DNA from: Candidatus Poribacteria bacterium
Lineage (GTDB): Bacteria; Poribacteria; WGA-4E; WGA-3G
Assembly: GCA_965198235.1 (NCBI GenBank)
Contig: OZ240248.1
Location: forward strand, 3,488,001-3,552,000
Direction of reading: 5' to 3'
DNA length: 64,000 nt
The position numbers and the translations under genes were made by a program. The notes beneath the pieces were generated by a model. That model was not told where the DNA came from. It saw only the letters and a list, made by a program, of their open reading frames with translations, and made no database searches. This document shows positions 20,081-29,940 of the stretch, in pieces. Within the stretch, counting starts at the first letter, position 1; every line of letters begins with the position of its first letter.

Positions 20081-20800
20081 TTAGCGGATAGGATTTCCAT
20101 TTTCATCTACATACACGACTTCCCAGCCCGCTGGTTGCACACCGGTATTCAAGAGGTGAAGCCTCTGTTTCTCAGAAGGTTCGGGACCCTTAACCGAGCT
20201 ATGCTCTCCGTTCTCCGATTTCGTTATAGCGCGTGTCGTGTGCCAAATATTAGCCGTTGATTCCGTTTTTTGTACGTAGATTCTTCCGGGAATTTGCGGT
20301 AACGCGTTTTCACCTATTACAATCCACTCTTCCATTTCTGGGTTGTCTTGATTCGCTTCAGTGATGAGTTGATGTTCATGTTGATACTTTTGGATCAGGG
20401 TGTCAATATAACTCGATTTAACGATCTCCCAGTCATTTTCGGTGTACAATTCTTCCAAAATTAGATCCGAGCGTCCATCGAGGTATTCACTATAGGTTTT
20501 GAAATTCTCTATCATGATACCTTTATTGAGGAGCATCTGAAGCCATTCTTCACGTGGATATTTGGTATCCATATCTGCCAACGTGAACTCAATATGTCGT
20601 TTTTTGCCATAAAGTGTCTCCGAAACAGTGGTCCTCTCATGGGAACTGTATCTGGCATCGAACGCCTCCATAAGTGCCTCAACGGTTTGAGGTCCAGTAT
20701 ATTGCTCTGTTTTTGCCTTGGAATCTAACTTCAAGTAACACCCAACAAAGATAATTCCGAGGATGATCAAAAATAGAAAAATTCGCACGGTATATCTCAT
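20081..20800 (-). CDS. Hypothetical exported or membrane-anchored protein
   Basis: N-terminal hydrophobic segment, RBS GGAAAGGA and a clean 239-aa ORF. Confidence 0.7.
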   Translation of the reverse strand: MRYTVRIFLFLIILGIIFVGCYLKLDSKAKTEQYTGPQTVEALMEAFDARYSSHERTTVSETLYGKKRHIEFTLADMDTKYPREEWLQMLLNKGIMIENFKTYSEYLDGRSDLILEELYTENDWEIVKSSYIDTLIQKYQHEHQLITEANQDNPEMEEWIVIGENALPQIPGRIYVQKTESTANIWHTTRAITKSENGEHSSVKGPEPSEKQRLHLLNTGVQPAGWEVVYVDENGNPIR

Positions 20801-21055
20801 GATTTTTTTCCTTTCCTATAGCATTTGCCAACTTTCTACAGAATATACTCTATTCGCGGAAAAAACACAAGAAAAAATAGTATATTTGACAATCGGGTGA
20901 TGAATGTGTAGCAAGACATGGTTAACAAAAATGGCGAGGTCCGAGACCCTCGCCATATATTTGCAACTTTAACGCACTAATGATCGGTTAACGGACGCTG
21001 AAACTGTTTTCTAATTCGTTTTTCAGCCTTCTTCATTTCTGATTTACATTTCGGA

Positions 21056-22120
21056 TTAGCGGTCCCCCACTAATTGACGGATTGCCTCCACCGCTGTCTC
21101 TGTATCTTGGAGCGGTTTGTTCGACACATCGGAAGTGAGAACATTGGCGATATACGTTTCTAAGCCGTCGAGTCTGCACCGACTCACAATGGAATGTTCT
21201 TCCATATACCGATAGACTTCATATCGCTTCGGCAGTCTGGCACTTTCTTGTGACAACGTTAGAACGACAACGCTACGTCCACTGCTCGCTGCCTCACACA
21301 CCATTGAAAAACTGTCCGCGGTGACAATGAGCAGATCGCTTGAGGCGAGAATGGCTTGGTAGGGATCTTCAAGTTCTGAAGGAGTGTCAGGGGTAATAAA
21401 CAATGGGCACCAGTCAGTATGTTTTATGGTCGATACCAAATGTCCCGTCACATCTGGTGGCGTTCGGCGAGAGGTCGTTACGAATACCTGCGCGTTCATC
21501 CTTTCTGCGGTTGCTTTGCAAATCTTACTGAGCCGTTCGGCATCCTCTATCGTGATAGTTTCATGCCGATCTGTCCCACCGAGTAGAATGCCAATGTTCG
21601 GACAATCCGATAGGTTCAGTTCATCCTTCAATTGTTTCCGTTTGACATCCAGCATGTCTGGTGAAATAGGGTTTGGCACGCCGATTGTTCGGCAAATATT
21701 GTCTTTACGCGATGCGTGGTGCCAAGAGATCATTGGAAGGATTGCGAGGTCGAAATATCGGGTGCCTACCGGTGAGGGTCTACGACACGTGACTGTCATG
21801 GCACCGAGAATTCTCCCAAGGAGTAGGTTAACCGCCGCCACAGATGAGCCTGTTGAGAGGATAATATCAGCGGTTTGGCGTTGTACCAGTGCGTTGTAAG
21901 ACTCAGGGGTGAGGCTCCACCGCAGAAGTGTGTGGATAAGGGACATGGAAAGCGGCACACCTCCAAAAATACACGCAAAAACCCGCAGGAGGTTGTCACG
22001 CCATTTGCGCCGAAATTGTATCTCAAGCCATGCCGTTTGGCATTCAGGCATTTTTTCGACTATGCCTAAGGATTGCTTGTAATGCCCCGGTTTCTTGTCG
22101 CTTAAGATAACAACTTTCAT
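21056..22120 (-). CDS. ELM1/GtrOC1-like putative nucleoside-diphosphate sugar-binding protein
   Basis: LSDKKPGHYKQSLG, VTTSRRTP and VTADSFSMVCEA motifs. Confidence 0.88.
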   Translation of the reverse strand: MKVVILSDKKPGHYKQSLGIVEKMPECQTAWLEIQFRRKWRDNLLRVFACIFGGVPLSMSLIHTLLRWSLTPESYNALVQRQTADIILSTGSSVAAVNLLLGRILGAMTVTCRRPSPVGTRYFDLAILPMISWHHASRKDNICRTIGVPNPISPDMLDVKRKQLKDELNLSDCPNIGILLGGTDRHETITIEDAERLSKICKATAERMNAQVFVTTSRRTPPDVTGHLVSTIKHTDWCPLFITPDTPSELEDPYQAILASSDLLIVTADSFSMVCEAASSGRSVVVLTLSQESARLPKRYEVYRYMEEHSIVSRCRLDGLETYIANVLTSDVSNKPLQDTETAVEAIRQLVGDR

Positions 22121-22192
22121 TTTTTAATTTATGACCTCTGGGCCGCTGCGTCCGTTGTCCTTGCGGGTCTCTGCTTAATTCCCGACTGGTTT

Positions 22193-22239
22193 CTGTAGGC
22201 GCGGGGAAACACCCTATCAAAAACACTCCGATTCCCAAC
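22193..22239 (+). repeat. REP interrupted by a 22-nt insert GGGAAACACCCTATCAAAAACA
   Basis: CTGTAGGCGCG[22204-22225]CTCCGATTCCCAAC. Compare the intact TGTAGGAGGGAGCTCCGATTCCCGAC at 42401. Confidence 0.75.
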
Positions 22240-22335
22240 TTCTGCACCAAAAACGTAGCCTGCAACAACGGCGCAGGCGATTCTTTGGTGAAAACCGTCA
22301 AAACACAAACCCCGCCATTTCTCCGCAAGGTATAA

Positions 22336-22733
22336 TTAAAAAAAGGAATACTCAATCAGTTCCGTTGTCCCGTATTCGTCTTCGACTTTGACAATACCGA
22401 CATGCGGGGCAAACCATAGCGTCTGCTTCTGTTGAATTGTCTCATCTCCCGAAAAAAGAGTCTGCGTGATTTCAGTCTGGTATTCTATCCGATATGTTTT
22501 CTCAAAGTTACCAGTTGCGGTGTATCCTTGAAGATCCGATAGTGCTTTCCGTTAATATCTGTCTCGCCACTAACTTCTCGTGTCCATTGGGACCCATCAG
22601 AATTTCTGTAAATCCATTGGCTTCCAATGGCATCAGGAAAGTAGTTTGGCATCTGTTCTATCGGTGGTGTTTCATCCGAACCACATCCGAATAGAATAAA
22701 AATAACACACAGAATCAGAGAAATCGGTCGCAT
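22336..22733 (-). pseudogene. Lipoprotein gene with an apparent internal deletion and frameshift
   Basis: The N-part has a lipobox (LFGC) and NYFP...W.Y. A second frame continues TGNFEKTYRIEYQ...TLWFAPHVGIVKVEDEYGTTELIEYSFF* to 22336. Confidence 0.7.
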
Positions 22734-22734
22734 T

Positions 22735-24033
22735 TCATTCCTTCAGTGCGTCTGCTACCAGTTCTTTTAACGCTCTGCCTCTCGCGTGGTGCGAGATCAA
22801 AGTGCCGTCTCTGGCAATGAGCCACGGTGCAGGTATTGCGCGAATGCCATACTGTCGTGAAACTGGGCTCTGCCATCCTTTCCCGCTAAACACCTGTCGC
22901 CAAGGAATGTCATTCTCTTTCAGATAGTTTCGCAGCCTATCTTCATCAGTGTCAAGGCTGATCCCAATAATGTCAAATCCTTCGTCCTTATAGGTATCGT
23001 AGACCTTTATGACGTTCGGGATTTCGGAGATGCACGGAGCGCACCAGACTGCCCAAAAATCGAGTAGGACGACTTTTCCATGGTATTGCTCAAGCGAAAT
23101 CGGATTACCCTCAAGATCCATGGCAGAAAAGTCGGGCACAGTCTTACCAATTAACGCCAGTGCAGGATCCGCCTTTATGCGGTATTCATTTGCCAGTTCG
23201 GCGTTGCCTAATCTTTCATGAATCTCGGCAAGTTTTCTGAAGACACTACGGTTTTCTGGGGACTGCTCCTCAAGTTTCGTAAAAAGCTGCAGCATCTCTT
23301 CATCTCGATTCATTATCTCAAACATATCACCGAGGACAAAGTGATCTCGAATGTTCTCAGGTTTTAGGATCTCCTTGAAACGAGTGATAAGTTTCTCGGC
23401 ATCTTTTTCTCGTTCAACCTTCATGTAGAGGCTAACAAGTACTAAATATACATCACTAAGATGTGCATTGTCCGGATGCTGCTGGATTCCGGCATCCAAG
23501 GTAGCAATGGCTTCTTCAATGCTCTCGTATATCTCTTCAGGTTTGTATTCCCATATATTGGATGATCTGTAAACTCTTGACGAAAAACTCAAGTTTAGAA
23601 CCGCAAAGTCTTCGTTTGCATGATGGCGACAACGCACGAGAGGCATGGCATCGCCATATACCTTGCGTTGCTCAGTTTTCCATTCTCTATACCCAGGGTT
23701 AAGCTCGTAACTATAACTCACGGACATTTCCGGATCTGCGTTCTGAGAATAAATCGGTTTGCCACCTGCTTCATCTGCCGGACAGATGAGCGCATTACCA
23801 TCTGTCAAGTGTTTTGGATGGATATCTGAAAGCCACACCGGAAAATCACCGTGTTCTTTCTGGTAAACTTGGATTGACTTGCCGATTGCGATTAAATTTT
23901 GTGTGCAAATCTCAATGTTTTTCTGCTCCTGTTCCGCATCGGAGACTTCGATCTCTCTTTGCGCCGTTACTTCCAGGTTCGCAGAGGTCATCAGTAGCCC
24001 CAACACGATTCCTACGGTCAGAATTGCTTTCAT
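22735..24033 (-). CDS. TlpA-type thiol-disulfide redoxin with TPR-like repeats and an N-terminal extension
   Basis: C-terminal PDFSAMDLEG...VLLDFWAVWCAPC; signal peptide; helical repeat middle region. Confidence 0.88.
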   Translation of the reverse strand: MKAILTVGIVLGLLMTSANLEVTAQREIEVSDAEQEQKNIEICTQNLIAIGKSIQVYQKEHGDFPVWLSDIHPKHLTDGNALICPADEAGGKPIYSQNADPEMSVSYSYELNPGYREWKTEQRKVYGDAMPLVRCRHHANEDFAVLNLSFSSRVYRSSNIWEYKPEEIYESIEEAIATLDAGIQQHPDNAHLSDVYLVLVSLYMKVEREKDAEKLITRFKEILKPENIRDHFVLGDMFEIMNRDEEMLQLFTKLEEQSPENRSVFRKLAEIHERLGNAELANEYRIKADPALALIGKTVPDFSAMDLEGNPISLEQYHGKVVLLDFWAVWCAPCISEIPNVIKVYDTYKDEGFDIIGISLDTDEDRLRNYLKENDIPWRQVFSGKGWQSPVSRQYGIRAIPAPWLIARDGTLISHHARGRALKELVADALKE

Positions 24034-24171
24034 TTTGATCGTCCTCGTCTCTTTTTTAGTGTTAGTTGAGCAATAATATTAAATGTTCTCTCATCTATCG
24101 GAGTTCACGTAAGCCTAAAAGATAGTATAACACATTGCTATGGAAAGTCTACTGTTTTTCTGCTTTATCAT

Positions 24172-24204
24172 CGTAGGTTGGGTTGAAACGAGGTTGAAAC
24201 CCAA
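24172..24204 (+). repeat. Compact REP CGTAGGTTGGGTTGAAACGAGGTTGAAACCCAAC
   Basis: GTAG tetranucleotide plus a GTTGGGTT/AACCCAAC palindrome; same arms as the 25.4-kb and 41.6-kb elements. Confidence 0.75.
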
Positions 24205-24335
24205 CTTCATACTGACAGTTTACCAATCGCCCCTTTGGGGCTTTTCGTCTATGTTCAGCATAATGACATTATCCAGATGAAAATAGCACCTTCTATTTCA
24301 AGATAGCAGCTTAGGTTATCATAACAAATTTAGCC

Positions 24336-24366
24336 GAGCCATAGTTTAAAACTATGGCTCTTTTTT
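24336..24366 (+). terminator. Intrinsic terminator-like hairpin
   Basis: GAGCCATAGTTT-A-AAACTATGGCTC followed by a T6 tract. Confidence 0.7.
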
Positions 24367-24380
24367 ATGTAGGAGCAAGT

Positions 24381-24409
24381 TTGGCAGATTCGCTCAAATA
24401 TGATATAAT
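24381..24409 (+). promoter_or_regulatory. Sigma70 promoter of the ADP-ribosylglycohydrolase gene
   Basis: TTGGCA-17 nt-TATAAT with an extended TG. Confidence 0.6.
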
Positions 24410-24445
24410 CGCGGTGAGAATTCCGTTAGGATTAAAGGAGAAAAC

Positions 24446-25225
24446 ATGCTCGGTGCAATTATAGGTGACATCGCCGGTTCCATCTACGAGGCGAGTCCCA
24501 TCAAAACCAAGGATTTCTCTTTCTTTGGGGGTTACTGCTGTTTCACAGATGATTCGGTCTGTACTGTCGCTGTCGCTGATATTCTGCTACACGACCTACC
24601 ACCAGCAGAGACGATGCAGGCATGGTGTCGCCGTCACCCATATCGCGGTTACGGTGGGAACTTTGGTATGTGGATATATGCCGATCCACCTGAACCCTAC
24701 GGCAGTTACGGAAACGGCGCAGCAATGCGTGTCTCTCCAGCGGCGTTCCTGAACCGCGAAGATCTCCGTGCCGCACTTTCTGCCTCCGACAAGGTGACCG
24801 AGATTACCCATAACCACCCAGAAGGCATAAAAGGCGCACGCGCAACAACACACGCCATCTGGCTCGCCTTTCAAGACGAGAGTCCTGATAACATCCGACA
24901 AGTTATCGCTTCCGAATACAGCTACGACTTGACCCAGACGGTGGACGCAATTCGTCCCTCCTACTTTTTCGACGTAACCTGCCAAGGTTCCGTCCCACAG
25001 GCGATAACGTGCGCGCTGGAATCGGTGAGTTATGAAGACGCGGTGCGTAACGCCATCTCTCTCGGTGGGGATTCCGATACATTAGCCGCCATCGCCGGTC
25101 CGATTGCCGAGGCACTGCACGGCATTCCTGACGAACTCAAAGAACGTACAGAAAGCATCTACCTTATTGATGCCCCAGACATGCTTGAAGTGATCCGGGA
25201 AATGTATCAATCCCCCAATAGGTGA
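24446..25225 (+). CDS. ADP-ribosylglycohydrolase family protein
   Basis: MLGAIIGDIAGS, FTDDS, SYGNGAAMR and GGDSDT motifs. Confidence 0.95.
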   Translation: MLGAIIGDIAGSIYEASPIKTKDFSFFGGYCCFTDDSVCTVAVADILLHDLPPAETMQAWCRRHPYRGYGGNFGMWIYADPPEPYGSYGNGAAMRVSPAAFLNREDLRAALSASDKVTEITHNHPEGIKGARATTHAIWLAFQDESPDNIRQVIASEYSYDLTQTVDAIRPSYFFDVTCQGSVPQAITCALESVSYEDAVRNAISLGGDSDTLAAIAGPIAEALHGIPDELKERTESIYLIDAPDMLEVIREMYQSPNR

Positions 25226-25324
25226 TGTTTTTCAGACGTACCATAAGTGTCAATTTAAGAAAAAACTGCCTGCAGCATCGTAGGGAATCAACGCTGAATG
25301 CGCGTGTAGCCTCGCAGTGGGAGT

Positions 25325-25568
25325 CAGCGGGATTGAACGGACTCCATCAAAACAGTAAAAAGTCATAGGAAATGAACCCTTTTCCGTGCATGACACATCA
25401 AACAAAAACCGAATGAAACCCAACGCTTTTGTTTTCAAGTTCCCGATACTATGACGGTGTAAAGTTGGGTTTCACTATGCTCTTGGGTGTATATGACGAC
25501 ACGTTGGAGGTGAGGGATATTTGGAACCCGCATATCCGGCTTCTCAGTTGTGTTCAACCCAACCTACG
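25325..25568 (-). repeat. REPIN-like element with expanded ~72-nt loops (one outer arm degenerate)
   Basis: GAATGAAACCCAAC (25411-25424), GTTGGGTTTCACTA (25464-25477) and GTTCAACCCAACCTACG (25552-25568). Inverted homologue of 41497-41740. Confidence 0.75.
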
Positions 25569-25713
25569 GTACTCTAAATGTCCCTTGGGCATCACATGAA
25601 ATCTATTGACAGATAGATTGAATATGTTATGCTATTAACACATTATTGAAGTTATTGTGACATGGAAAAGTTTTGAAAAGAAATTTGAATGAATATCGGA
25701 GATTTTAGGGAAA

Positions 25714-26583
25714 ATGCGTATACTCTCTGCTGATGAAATGGTTCTACCTGTTCTTCAGTATATTGCTGATGGTCAGGAATATCGTCGTCTACACATTATT
25801 GATATGCTTACCGAACATTTTTCGCTAACTAAGGATGAAAGGTTGAAATTAGGTAAAAGTGGTAAAATGGAAGTATCTTTGATGAACAGAGGACTCATAG
25901 AACGATCTAAAGAAAAGCATTATCGAATAACCGATCACGGTCTTGAATTCTTGAATCAAAATCCAGAAGGAGTTCCTGCACTTGATAGAGGGACTGAAAC
26001 TGAAATAGAATCGCCTGCCCCTAGCTCCCACCAAAGGATTGAAGAAAATAACCAGTATCCCGAAGAATCTATTGAAGAAAATTATCAAAAAATCCGAGAA
26101 AGATTGGCAAAAGGGCTACTACAGCAAATCAAGAACAACACGCCTGCTTTTTTCGAGGAATTAGTTATTGATCTACTCGTTGCAATGGGATATGGTGGTT
26201 CACAAGAAGACGCTGGTAAAGCCGTTGGACGCAGTGGGGACGGTGGGATTGACGGTATCATTAAAGCGGATCCGCTGGGTCTTAATGTCGTTTACATTCA
26301 AGCAAAACGATGGGAAGGAAATGTTGGAGCACCACCGGTTCGAGACTTTGTCGGAGCATTAGATGGGGAGGGAGTCCAGGACGGAATTTTCATTACCACC
26401 TCAGATTTTAATCCAGCGGCTAAAGAGTTTGCAGAAAGAAGTTCCAAGAGGGTTATCCTTATCAATGGCAGCCAACTCGCTCGGTATATGATAGATCACA
26501 ACGTCGGCGTTTCCACAACAAAAACTTACGAAATCAAACGCGTAGATTCCGATTATTTTGCTGAAAACACCAAAGATCCGTAA
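25714..26583 (+). CDS. mrr: Mrr-family (type IV) restriction endonuclease
   Basis: N-terminal wHTH region; FFEELVIDLLVAMGY, GDGGIDG, YIQAKRW and GIFITTSDF motifs. Confidence 0.92.
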   Translation: MRILSADEMVLPVLQYIADGQEYRRLHIIDMLTEHFSLTKDERLKLGKSGKMEVSLMNRGLIERSKEKHYRITDHGLEFLNQNPEGVPALDRGTETEIESPAPSSHQRIEENNQYPEESIEENYQKIRERLAKGLLQQIKNNTPAFFEELVIDLLVAMGYGGSQEDAGKAVGRSGDGGIDGIIKADPLGLNVVYIQAKRWEGNVGAPPVRDFVGALDGEGVQDGIFITTSDFNPAAKEFAERSSKRVILINGSQLARYMIDHNVGVSTTKTYEIKRVDSDYFAENTKDP

Positions 26584-26599
26584 CGATGTTAGCAATAAC

Positions 26600-26730
26600 A
26601 GGACTTACGCAAATTGAGTAAAAGAGCAATATATTTCACCAAAAGATGCCTCGCAGTGAGAGTATTTCAGTCATTTAACCCCCTAAATCCCCCTTATCAG
26701 GGGGACTTTAAGAGGAAATGCGTAAGTCCT
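26600..26730. mobile_element. 131-bp MITE-like element with 12-bp terminal inverted repeats
   Basis: AGGACTTACGCA ... TGCGTAAGTCCT, containing a CCCCCTTATCAGGGGG palindrome. A solo copy of the left end sits at 62843-62866. Confidence 0.6.
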
Positions 26731-26747
26731 AAACAAGAGAGAAGAAA

Positions 26748-28349
26748 ATGAGAACGTTCGGAACCCAAGGTCCCGTAACTCCTGAAGTAAACTACGTTGT
26801 GAGTCGCGACGAGGAGCTTGCGGATTTTATCGACAGAGTGAAAAGGGGCAAGTACATCGTCCTCTTTGCGCCTCGACAGACGGGCAAGACGACCTTTTTC
26901 CGTGCTGCTATAGATGCCCTCATAACCGAAGCATATTTCCCAATTCAACTAAATTTCGAGGCGTATGTTGACTTAACGCCTGCCGCTTTTTACGGCTATC
27001 TTCTCAGGGATGTTTGCAGGGCAATTGAGTCCGTTTTCCAGAGACGAGGCAGCGTCCCCCCTGAGACTTTGGAACAATTTTTGACGGACGTTGAAATAAC
27101 AGACCATGTTTCGATGCGAAATTTCTTCCAACAACTCGCTGGTTTTCTGGTACACCCTGATAGCGAGCAGAAGGTTGTCCTTATCATTGATGAATTTGAT
27201 GCTATTCCTCCAGAAGCCGTGCGTGGTTTTCTACATTCACTCCGCTCCATTTACCTCGACAATTCGGGTTTCCGATGTCCTTATAGCGTCGGCATTGTCG
27301 GGGTCAAGAACATCACACAACTCAACTATGACCGGTCAATCTCCCCGTTCAATATTCAAGATGAGTTCCACTTGCCCAATTTCACACCCTTGCAGGTCCA
27401 TGAGCTGCTTGAGCAGTATAGCAACGAAGTAGGTCAAGACTTCGCACCTGAAGTTATCACTTCTATTCACAAGCAGACGGCTGGGCAACCGTTCCTCGTC
27501 AATCGGTGCGCGCAGATTGTTACTGAAGCAATAGGCGTTCCTAAAAATGAAACGATTACGATGGCGCACTTTTCAAGGGCGCATACGCAGCTCCTTGAGG
27601 AAGGGAACGCCAATATTAGTCATCTGCTTACCAATATCCGCAGGGACCGCCGTTTTGAAAGCGTCCTCATGAGAATCGCTTCTTATGAGAGAGGTTTGCG
27701 TTTCAATCCAGACGATGAAATCATAGCCGAACTCGCTATGTATGGGGTAATTGCGAAAAGTACTGACGGAATGTGTGAAATCATGAATCCGATCTATCAA
27801 CATCGCATTCTACAAGCGTTCAAACCGCTATTTAATGGGCTGGAAAATGAGTATTTCTCCGAAGAAAATGGGGATGATTTCATTGATTACCTTACCGTTG
27901 ATGAAGTGATCGAGATGGGCCCGCTCCTTGATAACTTTCAGGCGTTCATTGCGCGAGCCGGTTTTCGTATCCTGCAAGTACCAGATACGCCACAAGAGTA
28001 TGTCGGCCAACATCTACTTTATGCCTATCTGGACCATTTTGTCGGTATCATTGGTGCTAATATGTTTCTTGAAGTCCAAACCGGACGCGGGAGGATAGAC
28101 CTCCTTATCGTCCACAATCAACGAAAATACATTGTTGAGACAAAAATCTGGGAAGGCGACAGGTACTATCAGGCGGGCAAGAAGCAACTCGCTACGTATC
28201 TCAAATTGGAGAACGCGCAGGAAGGATATTATGTTGTATTTGATCATCGGAACAACCCTACGGCACGCGTCGAGACGGAGACGGTGAACGGTTTGACAAT
28301 CCGAAGTTACGTTATTCCTGTGATACAAGAACAACCCTCATCAACTTAG
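26748..28349 (+). CDS. AAA-type ATPase with a C-terminal PD-(D/E)XK-like nuclease domain
   Basis: Walker A APRQTGKTT, Walker B LIIDEFD and C-terminal GRIDLL...IVETK. Confidence 0.85.
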   Translation: MRTFGTQGPVTPEVNYVVSRDEELADFIDRVKRGKYIVLFAPRQTGKTTFFRAAIDALITEAYFPIQLNFEAYVDLTPAAFYGYLLRDVCRAIESVFQRRGSVPPETLEQFLTDVEITDHVSMRNFFQQLAGFLVHPDSEQKVVLIIDEFDAIPPEAVRGFLHSLRSIYLDNSGFRCPYSVGIVGVKNITQLNYDRSISPFNIQDEFHLPNFTPLQVHELLEQYSNEVGQDFAPEVITSIHKQTAGQPFLVNRCAQIVTEAIGVPKNETITMAHFSRAHTQLLEEGNANISHLLTNIRRDRRFESVLMRIASYERGLRFNPDDEIIAELAMYGVIAKSTDGMCEIMNPIYQHRILQAFKPLFNGLENEYFSEENGDDFIDYLTVDEVIEMGPLLDNFQAFIARAGFRILQVPDTPQEYVGQHLLYAYLDHFVGIIGANMFLEVQTGRGRIDLLIVHNQRKYIVETKIWEGDRYYQAGKKQLATYLKLENAQEGYYVVFDHRNNPTARVETETVNGLTIRSYVIPVIQEQPSST

Positions 28350-28387
28350 AGTAGGTGTCCCCTGATTTGCTACCTGCCTATCAACCA

Positions 28388-29569
28388 TCAAACCACTTCC
28401 ATCCAAACCCCCGGCACGAACCCCGGATACTCTCCCTCACTGAACGCTGGATAATAGACATCCTCGCCACTGAAATCGTGAACCGTTTCTCCACCGCTGC
28501 TGTTCGGAATATGCACCCTACAGGTATATTCGCTCTCTCTGAAAAGTTGCTGCGGTGTCGGTGTAGACGCATCAACGCTATACGTTGACAGTGCCATCTC
28601 ATCCACCGTAATCCCCAACCCTGGCGAATTCGAAACCTGAATCGTCCCATCAACGACAGGGAGTCGCGTCTCAAGCAGATCCGATTCCCATAACTCATGA
28701 CACGTAATCGCTGGCAATTCCGCTTGCGATAACACCGCACCGAGATGCACCGAGTATGCCGTTGTGATACCCGTGCCGACCATCTGGAGCCAGTAAGGTT
28801 GCGCAAACGAAGCACAGAGCGCGTTCGTCCGCAGGAGCGAGTTCACACCACCGCCGACAACGAACCCACCGCAACAGCGCGCATGCAAACACGATTCGTT
28901 GAAATGCTCGACGATCCGATTCTGAACAGCCGCTTGCAATCGCGCCGCACCCTCTACGTCCGTGCCGAGATAGTACGGACTCTCGTATATGGCGACGTTC
29001 GGATGTTCATCTAATTGTTGCAACACGGGGATCGCGTTATCCGCAGTCCGTAGAAACCCGTTGAAATCAATATCGAGCCGATAGTTTGCTGGTACGGCAT
29101 CCCCGACGACGTTCACCTGCGCGAAGATGTCCCGCCACGGACGCGCTTTCAGTTTCGCAGACGTGTAACCCCGTTTGACCGATTCTTGGACTTCCGCGAC
29201 CCAGTCTTCTGGCGGCATATCGATGTCCCACCACGAAATAGGACACCTCTCACGAACCTTAGCTCCGATGAGTTGATAGGCTGGCACATCTACGGATTTG
29301 CCGACTGCGTCGAAAAGCGACATCTGGATACCGAACCCGATGCTGTCGTCGTTCATACATGCGAACGCGTTCTGTCCGATGACTTGTTCAATATTCGCCG
29401 ATTCATCTGCTAAATTTTCGCCGTATCCGACTACGCCGTTACTAAGTTCGACTCGGTAAACGTGAACCCGTTCACCGTGTGTCAAAGCACGGTGCATGTG
29501 TCGGCTGACCCGTTCATGATAGAATGGCACGTTCAACGGAATCGCTTCGAGATGTTTGATGCTGAGCAT
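28388..29569 (-). CDS. Mandelate racemase/muconate lactonizing (enolase superfamily) enzyme
   Basis: DAVGKSVDVPAYQLIG, KLK, DIDFN and YESP motifs. Confidence 0.85.
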   Translation of the reverse strand: MLSIKHLEAIPLNVPFYHERVSRHMHRALTHGERVHVYRVELSNGVVGYGENLADESANIEQVIGQNAFACMNDDSIGFGIQMSLFDAVGKSVDVPAYQLIGAKVRERCPISWWDIDMPPEDWVAEVQESVKRGYTSAKLKARPWRDIFAQVNVVGDAVPANYRLDIDFNGFLRTADNAIPVLQQLDEHPNVAIYESPYYLGTDVEGAARLQAAVQNRIVEHFNESCLHARCCGGFVVGGGVNSLLRTNALCASFAQPYWLQMVGTGITTAYSVHLGAVLSQAELPAITCHELWESDLLETRLPVVDGTIQVSNSPGLGITVDEMALSTYSVDASTPTPQQLFRESEYTCRVHIPNSSGGETVHDFSGEDVYYPAFSEGEYPGFVPGVWMEVV

Positions 29570-29855
29570 AAACTCCTCCCCAAATTGATACTGTCGCTAA
29601 TCAGGGTTTCAACCTCGTGTTTCGCTTATATTCCTCCAAATTGTAGCACACTTCCAAAATTGTGGGTAAAAATATTGCCAGGGCGGACTCCCTGTAGGAG
29701 GGATCCCCGAATCCCGACTTCTCCGCATATATTTCCTTGAAGAAAACCGACGTGATTTGCAACGAAAAGTGAAAATAGGCAATCGTGAGTTCTATTGAGC
29801 ACTGACAATCCAAAACTGAACACTGACGACTGAGAACTGATAACTAACAACGCAG

Positions 29856-29884
29856 TTGACACGTCCGCCTTTTGTTGGTATAAT
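29856..29884 (+). promoter_or_regulatory. Perfect sigma70 promoter of the phyH-like operon
   Basis: TTGACA-17 nt-TATAAT. Confidence 0.8.
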
Positions 29885-29940
29885 ATCTTTAACATTTCCG
29901 ACATTAAAACACCGTGACGTTCACAAGCAAGGAGCGAATT

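Noticed and set aside
22395-22470. GGCAAACC suggested a c-di-GMP-I riboswitch
   Set aside because: The rest of the motif is missing, and the sequence is explained as the antisense of the lipoprotein pseudogene's C-terminus.
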